Notes: a model not told the origin generated them from the sequence alone. Positions 1 to 9,593 are shown, numbered from the stretch's first letter. The stretch: DNA of 35,539 nucleotides from an uncultured Thermodesulfobacteriota bacterium (GCA_964609705.1 CAZSTT010000004.1:13183-48721), one strand, 5' to 3'. Made by a program: numbers and translations.

Positions 1-1223
1 GAACGATAACTGCCCAGAAGGCCGGCTTTAAAATAATCCTTGGTCACCAGGAAACAGAGATGGACCGGAGAAAGCATCATCCCCATAAAGCCGAAGACAT
101 AAGCCAGGGCGGCATAGGAAAGAAAATTAAAAAGGGGAGTTGGGGGAAAGAGGGGGATGATCAAAGGGAAGGAAGTCCCCACAAATCCAATACCGATTCC
201 GGTAATGAGTCCGGAGAGAAAGGGCATAATGACAATGACCAGCAGCATGGGAATCCGGAAAGTCATCAATTCGGTCCTGATGTCGACCACGGCCCGGCTG
301 TCTTTCATAATGCCCTGGAAAATCATGATGGCCGCCACCAATAATAAAATGGAGAGGATGCTCCGGTCATAAACCGCCGCCGCCAACTGCCTGAGGGAAA
401 TCCGGTTGACCACACCGACCCAGATCAGGGATACCAGAAGACCGGGAAGAATAGAGATAACCCCGGGCAGACCGATCTTGACCCCGGCCCAATTCAGCAG
501 AAAGGTCAACCCTTCCAGGAAGAGGATGACCAGGACCACAATCAGAATGGGCATGATCTCCCAAAAAAAAGTTTTCAACTCTGAAGAGGAGAAGACTTTC
601 TTCGGTTGTAATGATTCCGACCGGATGGGTTTCAAAATGAAGACGACGCCGGCCAGAATCATGACCAGGGTCATGGGGATCATGACGGCTATAAACTGCC
701 AGGTGGCCACCTTCAGCAAGGCCACGGCCAGAACCACCGCCGGATAAAGGGGCCACCAATATTCCCAGATGTGCCGGAACCAATAATTGACCGCCGTTTG
801 CTGTTCGCCGGACAAGGCGCACTTGTTAAAAGTGGTTTCGACCATGGGCGCCGAAAAAAGCGCGCCTCCGGGCATGGGCAGGAGCCCGATTAAGGCCGGC
901 AGCACCGATCCGGCGGTGCGTTCATCGCCCGATAGCCCGGCAAAGCCCTCGACAATCCGGTCCATATGGCGGCTCTCTTTCATCAGGCGGCTGATGATCA
1001 GGATAGAACCGACAATCAGGAACAAGCTGATGGTCTGGAGTTGTGAGAGACTTTGGAGTGTGCTCCCGATCACCTCACCGGGAGCCAGTTTCATCCACAA
1101 ACCCAGCACCAGAGAACCGATAAGGAGGCAAAGACTCAACCCCAGGCGTAATCGGTTGAGAATGAGGATCAGGCCGAAGACGCCCAGTATTTTTACCAGG
1201 GCGGGAATGGAATAAAATATCAC
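1..1223 (-). CDS. DUF401 family integral membrane protein (3' end runs off the window)
   Basis: Missing from the ORF track because it has no stop in the window. Manual translation from GTG at 1223 (GTGA overlap with the stop of the upstream gene) gives MIFYSIPALVKILGVFGLILILNRLRLGLSLCLLIGSLVLGLWM, with internal IGLLPMPGGALFSAPMV and NYWFRHIWEYWWPLYP, which are DUF401 signature segments. Hydrophobic throughout. Confidence 0.8.
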   Translation of the reverse strand, partial: MIFYSIPALVKILGVFGLILILNRLRLGLSLCLLIGSLVLGLWMKLAPGEVIGSTLQSLSQLQTISLFLIVGSILIISRLMKESRHMDRIVEGFAGLSGDERTAGSVLPALIGLLPMPGGALFSAPMVETTFNKCALSGEQQTAVNYWFRHIWEYWWPLYPAVVLAVALLKVATWQFIAVMIPMTLVMILAGVVFILKPIRSESLQPKKVFSSSELKTFFWEIMPILIVVLVILFLEGLTFLLNWAGVKIGLPGVISILPGLLVSLIWVGVVNRISLRQLAAAVYDRSILSILLLVAAIMIFQGIMKDSRAVVDIRTELMTFRIPMLLVIVIMPFLSGLITGIGIGFVGTSFPLIIPLFPPTPLFNFLSYAALAYVFGFMGMMLSPVHLCFLVTKDYFKAGLLGSYR

Positions 1224-3157
1224 AATCGCCAGGCCGCCCGCGCCCCTTCTTCGACGGCCTCAAAAATCCGCCGGGGTTGGAAGGCATCGCCGATGACTGA
1301 AAAAGGAATTTTTAAAGACTCCAAGATCTCTTTTAACTCGTCCCTGGGCTTCAACCCCACGGCCAGAACCACCTGATCGATGGGAGACAGGGTCGAGGGC
1401 TCCCCTTTGGTTTCAATTTCAACACTCCCGTCGCCGATGGACTTTAAGACCGTGCCAAAGAGGAGACGGCATTTTTTTTCCTGAAGGCGCTGGTGCAGCA
1501 TATATCCGTGAGAGGTGATCTTCCGTACCGGTGACCGCTCCAGGATTTCAACCAAGGTCACTTCCTTTCCCTGGGCGCTGAGAAAATCAGCGGTTTCCAT
1601 CCCGATCAGGCCTCCGCCGACCACCAGAATGTGATTTTTAGGCGTAACCGTACCGCTCAGGATCTGCCAGGCATCGCAGACATTGGGTTTTTCAGACCCT
1701 GGGATATAGGGGATTATCTTTTCCCCACCGGTAGCCAGGATCACATAATCCGGGTTTTGATCCCTCAATAACTCTTCATTAACCCATGTGCCGCTTTTGA
1801 TGGTTACTCCGGTTTGTCTGACTTGATCGATCTGCCAATCGATCCATTCTCCGTAGATTTTTTTATAGGGCGGTATCCGGGCGTAACGGAGCTGGCCGCC
1901 CAGTTCCTTCTCCTGCTCGAAAAGGGTTACCTGGTGACCCAATCGGGCGGCTTCGAAGGCCGCGGTGAGACCTCCGGGGCCTGAGCCTACTACCAAGACC
2001 TTCTTCGGCTTTGCTGCCGGACCCTGGGGATAAATGGTTTCCTGGCCGGTCTCCGGATTGATGGAACAGCGGATATTGCCTTCCCCGAGTATCTCCCGTT
2101 CGATGCAGCCCTGGTTACAGGCGATACATTTTCGTATTTCCGCGGTTCGACCGGCCTTGGCTTTGATCAGAAAATCCGGGTCGGCCAGAAATTGACGTCC
2201 GAAGGCCACCAGGTCCGCATCCCCGCGACCGATCACCTCATCAGCCAGGGCCGGGTCACTAAACCGTCCGACCGCGATAACCGGTACCGAAACAACCTCT
2301 TTCATTTTTTTTGCCAGACCGACATTGAAACCCGGCTCATATTCGGCGGTGGCCTGGGTGATAGCTCCGGGGCTCCCGTGAGTGCCTATGGAAGCATGAA
2401 TGATATCGGCCCCGGCCCGGACCATATCGGGGAGGATGGTCTGCATATCCTCGATGGTGTAGCCCCCCCGGATGTATTCTTCTCCCGAGAGCCGAAGGGA
2501 AATGGGAAAATCCGGGCCGATGCAGCGCCGGACTTTTTCAATGACTTCGATAACAAATCGGGATCGTTCTTTCAGGGTGGCCCCGCCGTATTCGTCGGTC
2601 CGACGATTGGATATGGCCGATAGAAATTGGGTCAGCAGGTAGCCGTGAGCCCCATGGATCTCCACCGCATCGAAGCCGGCCTCCCGGGCCCGACCCGCGG
2701 CCGATCCGAAGGCCAGGATAACTTCTTGGATGTCTTCCAGAGTCATCTCCCGGGGCGTCTTTCGGAAGACGATACTTGGGACCGGCGAGGGCGCCACGGC
2801 CTTCCCTTGTTCCAGGAGAAAGCTACTCTCCCTGCCGGCATGATGGATCTGCATGGCGATCTTGGCCCCGGCCTCATGGGCCACGGCCACCAGTTTGGAA
2901 AGTCCCGGGATGAACCGGTCCTCATAGGCGCCCAACTGGTTCGGAGAGGCAATGCCTCCCGGGTGAGCCGCGGTTATTTCGGTGATGATCAACCCCGGCT
3001 GACCCTGGGCCCGGCGTTTCAGATAGGCCAGGTTTTCCGGGCTGACGGACCCGTCATCCCGGCCCAGGTTAGTCCCCATAGGGGGCATCACCACCCGGTT
3101 GGCCAGGGACATGGATTTAATGGTCAGGGGTGACAGAATATGGTTTAGTGGGCTCAT
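1220..3157 (-). CDS. OYE-family NADH:flavin oxidoreductase with [4Fe-4S] and FAD/NAD domains (FadH/BaiCD/Ncr-like architecture)
   Basis: TIM-barrel motifs NRVVMPPM, QIHHAGR, GFDAVEIHGAHGYLLTQFLS, NRRTDEYGG; Fe-S motif CIACNQGC-x12-C; two Rossmann motifs VVGSGPGG and VVGGGLIGME. Start chosen at ATG 3157 after RBS GAAGGAG. Confidence 0.9.
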   Translation of the reverse strand: MSPLNHILSPLTIKSMSLANRVVMPPMGTNLGRDDGSVSPENLAYLKRRAQGQPGLIITEITAAHPGGIASPNQLGAYEDRFIPGLSKLVAVAHEAGAKIAMQIHHAGRESSFLLEQGKAVAPSPVPSIVFRKTPREMTLEDIQEVILAFGSAAGRAREAGFDAVEIHGAHGYLLTQFLSAISNRRTDEYGGATLKERSRFVIEVIEKVRRCIGPDFPISLRLSGEEYIRGGYTIEDMQTILPDMVRAGADIIHASIGTHGSPGAITQATAEYEPGFNVGLAKKMKEVVSVPVIAVGRFSDPALADEVIGRGDADLVAFGRQFLADPDFLIKAKAGRTAEIRKCIACNQGCIEREILGEGNIRCSINPETGQETIYPQGPAAKPKKVLVVGSGPGGLTAAFEAARLGHQVTLFEQEKELGGQLRYARIPPYKKIYGEWIDWQIDQVRQTGVTIKSGTWVNEELLRDQNPDYVILATGGEKIIPYIPGSEKPNVCDAWQILSGTVTPKNHILVVGGGLIGMETADFLSAQGKEVTLVEILERSPVRKITSHGYMLHQRLQEKKCRLLFGTVLKSIGDGSVEIETKGEPSTLSPIDQVVLAVGLKPRDELKEILESLKIPFSVIGDAFQPRRIFEAVEEGARAAWRL

Positions 3158-3355
3158 CGTTATCTCCTTCAAAGAAAATTAGTTGTTAAAAGGTGATGGT
3201 CAGATAGAAAGGTTTTATCCTGCCATAAGATCCTGGAGGCCGTCAAACAGAAAAATAAAAACAAGGCGGAAATGGCCAATCAATATCCTGTTTAAATTTT
3301 ATTAACGCCTTCCTTTTGAACCTGACCGGCTGTCCGTTCAGGGGGTTCTTTTTGA

Positions 3356-4132
3356 TTAACAATGGGGGGCGGTGATATGGGTCCAGATATTTCCAACGGC
3401 CTCATAAGCCGGAGAATCACCGGGTAGTTCCAGTAGCGGTTTTCCCTCCAGATCAAATTGGGTGAGGCCGGGGTCTTCAGGGACGAACCCGAAGAGATCC
3501 AGACCGGTTTTTAAGATATGGGGCTGAAGTTGTTTTTCCTGGCCGTTGACGCGGTTTAACACCAGCCCTAACTTTTGATATTTAAATATTTTTTTATGGG
3601 AGGTGATGACGTCTTTTATGAGGGCTGCGGTTTGCAGTCCCCGATTGGAAATATCGGAGACGATCACCACCGTATCCACGCTTTTCATCACCTGGCGGTT
3701 GATCTGCTCCACTCCGGCCTCCCCGTCCATGATAACCACATCGTAATTTTCCGCCAGCATTTCGATCCCGCTTCTCAGGAAATCATTGACCGGACAATAA
3801 CAACCCAGGGATTCCGGCCGGCCCATAACCAGAAAGCTGAAACGGTCCGCTTCAATTAAGGCTTCAAACAGCATATATTCCAGAGAACGGGCCAGATTGG
3901 TTGTTTCCTTTTTTCCGGCCTTTCGCGCCTCCTGGATGATTCTTTCTCGAATATCGTTGACGGTTTTCTTGGGGGATAAGCCCAGCACCGAAGATAAATT
4001 CATGGTCGGGTCGGCATCAATAACCAATAAGCGTTGGTTATTAGTTTCCATAAGATACTTGGTCAGCAGGGCCACCAGGGCGGTTTTGCCGCTCCCCCCT
4101 TTTCCGCAAACCGCTACCAGTTTTTTCTCCAT
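3356..4132 (-). CDS. cooC: CooC/AcsF-family nickel-insertion ATPase (MinD-like)
   Basis: Deviant Walker A GKGGSGKT, IDADP, GRPESLGCYCPVN (CxC metal site) and DGEAGVEQINR. Start at ATG 4132 after a GAGGAAA RBS. Confidence 0.85.
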   Translation of the reverse strand: MEKKLVAVCGKGGSGKTALVALLTKYLMETNNQRLLVIDADPTMNLSSVLGLSPKKTVNDIRERIIQEARKAGKKETTNLARSLEYMLFEALIEADRFSFLVMGRPESLGCYCPVNDFLRSGIEMLAENYDVVIMDGEAGVEQINRQVMKSVDTVVIVSDISNRGLQTAALIKDVITSHKKIFKYQKLGLVLNRVNGQEKQLQPHILKTGLDLFGFVPEDPGLTQFDLEGKPLLELPGDSPAYEAVGNIWTHITAPHC

Positions 4133-4183
4133 GATTCTTTTTCCTCTTAGTCCGAGAATAGCGACCGTCGCTAAACGAGTTCT

Positions 4184-4234
4184 ATTTTCATGCTTGAAGG
4201 TGCCACGCCCCCAAAGGCGGGGCATGGCGGGTTA
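4184..4234. repeat. Dispersed palindromic intergenic element, copy A
   Basis: ATTTTCATGCTTGAAGGTGCCACGCCCCCAAAGGCGGGGCATGGCGGGTTA shares both ends with 28922-28994 and contains an internal GC hairpin. Confidence 0.65.
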
Positions 4235-5065
4235 CTCCAGAGCGTATCCCGGATTTTCTTCTTCTCGGACAGTAACCAACCGGTCACCTTTCCGGATCCG
4301 GATCACATCCCGGATGGTATCGCAAACAACCTGTTCGGAACAGGAATTACAATCCAGTTCCCGGGTGCATTCAAATGCTCCGTCTGAACCGACGGTATAG
4401 GTTTCCAGCTTTCTCTGTTTGATCCGGGCCTGTTCCACCAAATCATCCAATTCGTTGACATCATTTTTCGAACCGGTAACAAAGAAAATCTCACAGGCCG
4501 CTACCGGGTCGCATTGTTGTTTTATGGCGGTGATCAATCTTTCTCCCAGTCGCTTCAGCGAAAACCCGGAGCGGCAGGCTTCCTTGCTGACCCTGGCCCA
4601 TATCAGATTCGGGACGCTTCGGATCATATACCCGTCGGTTTGAGCGTAGCGGTGGGCTATCCGATCCATGGTTGAAGCCGTATTTTCAATTTCAAGGGTT
4701 GCTTGAGACGGGGCTTCGATTTCATTGGGACTTTTCAGCGCGGCGATGATGATTTGGGCAAAGGGCAACACAGGTTCCTGCGTTTCGGAGATTTCGGGAC
4801 CGACGAGATGGATGCACCTGTCCGAGACCAAATCCAAACGATGGGTGGCCAGTGTGGCGGAACAGGACCCCTGGGAAGGATGTCCCAACTCCACCTGGGT
4901 GTCTTCCTTCAGGACAATCCTTCCGTTTCTCCTTCCGGACTGATCGTCCGATAAAATAGGGAGAGTGATTCCCGGCGGAAGGAAGAAGCGGCGGGATTGT
5001 CCGTTCTTGGTTTTAGCCTCAAACCAGGCTTTTATTTCTAAGATAGCATCATCAAACAGGTCCAT
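4232..5065 (-). CDS. Stand-alone acetyl-CoA synthase (AcsB/CdhC) middle-domain homologue with C-terminal Cys cluster
   Basis: Segments VLKEDTQVELG, IHLVGPEI, LPFA and NLIWARVSKEACRSGFSLKRLGERLI correspond to the ACS middle domain (IRKGDMYVEMGG / IEVIGPDI / NINWLRVSKDAVAKGFRFKNYGEIL, recalled from Moorella AcsB). Ends with C-x5-C-x2-C-x5-C. Only 277 aa and has no Cys-Gly-Cys. Confidence 0.75.
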   Translation of the reverse strand: MDLFDDAILEIKAWFEAKTKNGQSRRFFLPPGITLPILSDDQSGRRNGRIVLKEDTQVELGHPSQGSCSATLATHRLDLVSDRCIHLVGPEISETQEPVLPFAQIIIAALKSPNEIEAPSQATLEIENTASTMDRIAHRYAQTDGYMIRSVPNLIWARVSKEACRSGFSLKRLGERLITAIKQQCDPVAACEIFFVTGSKNDVNELDDLVEQARIKQRKLETYTVGSDGAFECTRELDCNSCSEQVVCDTIRDVIRIRKGDRLVTVREEENPGYALE

Positions 5066-6285
5066 CAGGCACCGGCTTTATAAGGATAATAGCGCCGGAC
5101 CACGTCAAACTGGGCCAGTTGATGCCCTCCCAGCCAAAGTTGGATCTCCTTGACGTCCCGCCAGTATTTTTCAACATGATAGTCCCGGATATATCCATAG
5201 GAACCCATCAGTTCCATGAGCCGGCCGATGGTGGTGTTGGCCATATGGCAGGCATGGTTTTTGGCCGCGCTGGCATGGCTGATCATGGCCGGGGAGTGGA
5301 CTTCTCCAAATTGGTCGGGGTGACTCAGCATATAGGCCACCTGGAGATAATAGGCCCGGGCCGTCTCAATGCCGGTAATGGCATCGGCCAGGATACCGGC
5401 GGCAATAGAATGCTCCCGGATCGGTTTGCCTCCCACTTCCCGTTCTCCGGTATAGCGCAGGCATTCTTCAAAGGCCCCCCGGGCGCAGCCCACGGCCGCA
5501 GCGGCGCTGACCACCCTTCCGATAGAGACATTACGTTTCAGAATAATGGCATCTTCGCCGGCTCCGGCCGCCCGGTAGGACAACGGGACCCGGACATCGT
5601 CGAAAAAGATATCGCAATTGCGGTCCGACTGCAGACCGGCCTTGATTTCGAATTTGCCGAAGCTGAGGCCCTTGGCATTGTCGGGCACATAAATCAGGGC
5701 AATGCCCTCCTCTCCCTTTTCTGGAGCTGTTTGGCAGACCACGCAATAGAAAGAGGAGATACCGGCATTACTCGGGAATCGTTTGGCCCCGTTGATCACC
5801 CAGCTGTCTCCGTCTTGAACGGCACGGGTCTTAATGGTCCGTCCGTGCATCTCTGGCAGATTTTCCACATCGCAACCGCTGGCCGGTTCGGTCATGGCAA
5901 AGCAGGCAAAGGTGGGCTGTTTCTCCTGCTGGCGTTTCTGAAAGGCTTCAATGACTTGCCGGTTTCGGCCGTACTGGGCGCCGGCCATAGCCCAGCTGTT
6001 AATGCCGGCCACCAGTCCGATTCCGGCATCCCCCCGGGCAAATTCTTCTATAACAGCGCAAGCCATGGGAAGGGACGGACCTTCGACATCCGATCCTTCT
6101 TCGGGCAGGTTCACATTAAAGACCCCCAGGGCGGACATCTTGATCAGCAAATCGTTGATGAGCTTGTGTTCGGTATCGGCATCGAACCGGTCTCTAAGGG
6201 GCATGATCTCGGTTTCCACAAATTTGCGAACCACATCAACAATCATTGCCCCGCCTTCATCCACAAAAAGCGGAAAATATTTCAT
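5065..6285 (-). CDS. Acyl-CoA dehydrogenase family protein (non-canonical active site)
   Basis: FAMTEPASGCDV, WVINGAKRF, IFFDDVRVP and GSYGYIRDYHVEKYWRDVK motifs. Its stop overlaps the next start (TGATG). Confidence 0.9.
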   Translation of the reverse strand: MKYFPLFVDEGGAMIVDVVRKFVETEIMPLRDRFDADTEHKLINDLLIKMSALGVFNVNLPEEGSDVEGPSLPMACAVIEEFARGDAGIGLVAGINSWAMAGAQYGRNRQVIEAFQKRQQEKQPTFACFAMTEPASGCDVENLPEMHGRTIKTRAVQDGDSWVINGAKRFPSNAGISSFYCVVCQTAPEKGEEGIALIYVPDNAKGLSFGKFEIKAGLQSDRNCDIFFDDVRVPLSYRAAGAGEDAIILKRNVSIGRVVSAAAAVGCARGAFEECLRYTGEREVGGKPIREHSIAAGILADAITGIETARAYYLQVAYMLSHPDQFGEVHSPAMISHASAAKNHACHMANTTIGRLMELMGSYGYIRDYHVEKYWRDVKEIQLWLGGHQLAQFDVVRRYYPYKAGA

Positions 6286-6328
6286 GACGAATGGTCTCCT
6301 TTTCTTTTTTTATTGTTCCATAAGAAGC

Positions 6329-7450
6329 CTACAACATCTCTAAAAAAGCCTGAATGCGGGTGCTCAACTGCCCGGATTTTACCGTGTTGTATTCACGTTC
6401 CAATTCCATCACCGGAATACTGGTATCCTGACGCAATCGATCGGCCAGCAACTTTCGACTGCCGGCAAAGTGATCGCAGAATTTAAGACGGGCAGAAACG
6501 ACTCCTTGCACGCCGTTTTGGTCAATGACCGTTTTTAAGATTCTATAGCTTTGCTCGGTGCCGTCCAGTACGGCCGGGCAGGGAAGGCGGGAGATATACC
6601 GCTGGGCAATGGCTTCCCATGGATCTTCGGCCGTATCTCCGATTAATCCCCCATAATGACGCAGTCCGAAACACAAGCCGTCAGCAACGATATGGGCCCC
6701 CCGGCTTTCAATAAATTCAATAAAATCGGGAGAATCACAGGCTCCTCCGATAATAAGCAGGCGGGGGACCTGATGATCCGGCAAGTCTCTTTTTTCGAGC
6801 TCCGGCAGAAGGGCCTCCAGCTTTTGGTTGAAGGTTTCCCGGGGTATGGTCATGCCGGTCAGGGCAATGTTCATAAATTCCAGGCCTGTCAATAGAGGTG
6901 GATCTTTTTTCCTCAGGTCATTTATCCGGTTCATGAGGCTGCGCGTTTTGTTGTAGGTCGAGATCGTTTCTCGTAAGTTATCCTCGGAGATTGAAACCTT
7001 AAAAGCCCGTTCCAGCTGCTCAGCCAATTTTATCATTTCCTGCATCAGCCATTCTTTTCCACCCGGACCCAGGGTATGGTTCACTCGAAAATAGTAAAAG
7101 AACTTAAGGAGGGATTTGTCCTCGATTTCACTGACCAGCCGGAGATGATGATCACAGGTATTGGCGGTTACCAGTCCGTCGAGAAACTCCAGTTGGCCGG
7201 TCAGGAGCGATTCCAGGACCGCCCGGGTATAAGAACAATTGATCCTATGCAGGTGGGCGTCGGCGTTTTTGGTGTTGGGCAGACCGGAAACGCGGATTCT
7301 CAGGGGCAGCAGGCCGGCCGCATGGACCATTTCTTCCGGAATACCGGAACACAGAAGGCCGAGGATACCTCCCCCTTTGGCCTTCCAGGCGAGGACTTCC
7401 GGGTTGGATAGGGATTGGGCCATGGCTTCAAAATATTCCAGATGTTCCAT
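6329..7450 (-). CDS. 2-hydroxyacyl-CoA dehydratase / class I aryl-CoA reductase beta-type subunit (HgdB/BcrC/BzdN-like), copy 2
   Basis: IPEEMVHAAGLLPLR; three cluster Cys in INCSY, NTCDH and KFCDH; DGLCFG; C-terminal GQLSTRIQAFLEML. Confidence 0.88.
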   Translation of the reverse strand: MEHLEYFEAMAQSLSNPEVLAWKAKGGGILGLLCSGIPEEMVHAAGLLPLRIRVSGLPNTKNADAHLHRINCSYTRAVLESLLTGQLEFLDGLVTANTCDHHLRLVSEIEDKSLLKFFYYFRVNHTLGPGGKEWLMQEMIKLAEQLERAFKVSISEDNLRETISTYNKTRSLMNRINDLRKKDPPLLTGLEFMNIALTGMTIPRETFNQKLEALLPELEKRDLPDHQVPRLLIIGGACDSPDFIEFIESRGAHIVADGLCFGLRHYGGLIGDTAEDPWEAIAQRYISRLPCPAVLDGTEQSYRILKTVIDQNGVQGVVSARLKFCDHFAGSRKLLADRLRQDTSIPVMELEREYNTVKSGQLSTRIQAFLEML

Positions 7451-7467
7451 CGGTGCCCTCCTTATTT

Positions 7468-8739
7468 CTACAGTGAAGTAAAAAACTCTTCAATCTGGTT
7501 TTTCAGGTTCTCGGCCGATACCACCCGGTCATCGTTATAATCCATTTCCAGGAAAAGGGCGGGGATACCCTCCTTTTGGAAAAAATGGCGGAGGATGCCG
7601 CCGGCGCCGCAAATGCTGTTGCAGCCGACGTGTTGGGTATAGATCACCGCGTTACAGCGATATTGATGATAAAGTTTCATAGTGTATTCGATCATTTTCC
7701 GGGAATCAAAGCGCATGAGCGACATGGTCATGTCCAGCCCCTGCCAGGCATAGCCCTCGAACATGGTTTCGTCGTTGCTGGTATCGATGGGGCGTAAAAT
7801 GGCTGATCCGGTCAGCATATTGGTGACTACGGACACTTTAAGTTCCTGTTCCATCCAGGAGAAGAATAATGGGTCGAAGGTCGGAGGAACATGACCCCAG
7901 ATCACCCGGTGTTTTTCTTCAATCGGATGGGGGATGCCCTCCTTCAAACGCCGCATGACCTCATGATGAAAAACCTGCAGGCTGTCTGTTGCTTTGGGAT
8001 CTCCGGCAGCGGCCAGAAACATCTCCCAGGGGAACCCCCTCACGGACGCAGGAACCGGCATCGGCGTGGTCGTATAAGTATCGAAAACATCCAGCATGAG
8101 TTCGTAGGCCCGGTTGGATTCTTCAATGATCTCCCGGAAGCGGTCCAAGTTAAATTTTTTACCGGTCATTTCTTCCAAAAAGGGGACCAGTTCCTTCCGA
8201 ATCTGTTGTCCGTACCAACGGGCCGATTCCCTTTCATAGGTGGTGGGAAGTTCCAGAAACAGGGCGGGTACGCCCAGAGCTTTTTGCATGATGGGATAGG
8301 CGATCCGGGTCCCGTCACAGGGACCGGAGCAGGTTACAAAAAAAGAATTTTTCGGAAATTCTCCGCTGAGAGCGGCTCCCACCAGAAATCGGTCGGTGGA
8401 ACAAACGTCAGAGGGCAGCCCGGCCGATTCGGCGGCATCGAGAAATTCATGAACCACCTGTTTTTGGCTGGCGGTGAACCGCACTGGAAAGGTTTCCAGG
8501 CAAAGGGGAATACAGTCAAAGGCATAAAATAACTGGGGGGTCAATCCAAATTCAAAAAGGGCGATGGTTTTTTCCGGATGATTCGCGGCCTCGGTCAAAT
8601 CTTCCAGGCGGGTGACCAGACCCTCCACCCGCATGGCCTGGAGTTTCATATCCGCATCATCCAGGGCTCGAAGAAATTCAAGAGCCGGCTTTCCGAATTC
8701 ATTGACCAGGCGCCGGGTTTTTTCAAAGGTTTTTCCCAT
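7468..8739 (-). CDS. 2-hydroxyacyl-CoA dehydratase / class I aryl-CoA reductase alpha-type subunit (HgdA/BcrB/BzdO-like), copy 2
   Basis: GLPSDVCS, GPCDG and HVGCNS cysteines; C-terminal GIPALFLEMDYNDDR...IEEFF. Start at ATG 8739 after an AAGGAG RBS. Confidence 0.85.
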   Translation of the reverse strand: MGKTFEKTRRLVNEFGKPALEFLRALDDADMKLQAMRVEGLVTRLEDLTEAANHPEKTIALFEFGLTPQLFYAFDCIPLCLETFPVRFTASQKQVVHEFLDAAESAGLPSDVCSTDRFLVGAALSGEFPKNSFFVTCSGPCDGTRIAYPIMQKALGVPALFLELPTTYERESARWYGQQIRKELVPFLEEMTGKKFNLDRFREIIEESNRAYELMLDVFDTYTTTPMPVPASVRGFPWEMFLAAAGDPKATDSLQVFHHEVMRRLKEGIPHPIEEKHRVIWGHVPPTFDPLFFSWMEQELKVSVVTNMLTGSAILRPIDTSNDETMFEGYAWQGLDMTMSLMRFDSRKMIEYTMKLYHQYRCNAVIYTQHVGCNSICGAGGILRHFFQKEGIPALFLEMDYNDDRVVSAENLKNQIEEFFTSL

Positions 8740-8813
8740 AAGCCCACTCCTTTCCAACCGACCAGGGGCCTACTCCAATGATAGGGTTAGGTCTTGAAGA
8801 GTCCGAAGAATGT

Positions 8814-9593
8814 TTATTTCGACCCTCTCTCTTCGGCCAAAAGGGCCGCGCCAAAGGCGGCTACAGCCCGGGGGTCCAGGTTGTATTCGACAAAGGATGT
8901 TCCGAGTTCCTTCTCAATATCACGAACGGCAATCTTGTTTTTAGCTAACCCGCCGACAATAGCCATGGGCTGGTCCAGGGTAACCCGTCTAACCACGGCG
9001 GCGACCTTGCCGGCGACGGACTGAGAAATCCCGGCAAAGATGTCCAGTCGATCTTTCCCCTCATTGACGTGGGTAATAACTTCGCTTTCGGCAAAAACCC
9101 CGCATTGGCTGGTAATCGGCAAGGCCTTGTTGGACGACAGGGCAGCCGTGCTCAATTCTTCAATCGGCATCTCCAGGGCCTGGGCCATGACTTCCAGAAA
9201 CTTACCGGTTCCCGCGGCACATTTTTCATTGGCAGCCGAAGCGGTGACCTTACCCGCACTATCCATATTAAAGGCCTTGATGCTGCTGCCGCCGGCATCG
9301 ATGGCGGTCCTGATTTTCGGGTTCAGCGTCCTTAATGCCCGGCTGAGGCAGACCAGCTCCGGGAGGTCTTTATCGGCAAAAGGGACCGCTTTTTTCCCGA
9401 AACCGGTCGATAAACAATAAGCGATCCGGTCCAGGGTTAAACCGGCTTTCTGCAAAGCGATATCCATGACGGCCAGGGCCGCTTTTTTGGGAAGACTGGT
9501 GTAGGCCAGTATTTCAGCCGCCAGGATGTTGCCGTTTTCAATAAGTACCGCCTTGGCGGATATGGTTCCCAAATCACATCCGGCATAAATCAA
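8814..9593 (-). CDS. ATP-dependent electron activase subunit (ASKHA; BzdP/BcrD/HgdC-like)
   Basis: GCDLGTISAKAV, STGFGK, ANEKCAAGTGKFLE, ITSQCGVFAESEV, VGGLAKN and AFGAAL. Confidence 0.9.
   Translation of the reverse strand: MIYAGCDLGTISAKAVLIENGNILAAEILAYTSLPKKAALAVMDIALQKAGLTLDRIAYCLSTGFGKKAVPFADKDLPELVCLSRALRTLNPKIRTAIDAGGSSIKAFNMDSAGKVTASAANEKCAAGTGKFLEVMAQALEMPIEELSTAALSSNKALPITSQCGVFAESEVITHVNEGKDRLDIFAGISQSVAGKVAAVVRRVTLDQPMAIVGGLAKNKIAVRDIEKELGTSFVEYNLDPRAVAAFGAALLAEERGSK

Noticed and set aside
4232-5065. Calling this a functional acetyl-CoA synthase or evidence of a Wood-Ljungdahl pathway
   Set aside because: It lacks the N-terminal domain and the Cys-Gly-Cys Ni loop, and there are no CODH, CFeSP or methyltransferase partners here.
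5119-6486. 455-aa plus-strand ORF, and other long antisense ORFs such as 7891-8532 and 25268-25885
   Set aside because: Shadow frames opposite well-supported genes, with no motifs.
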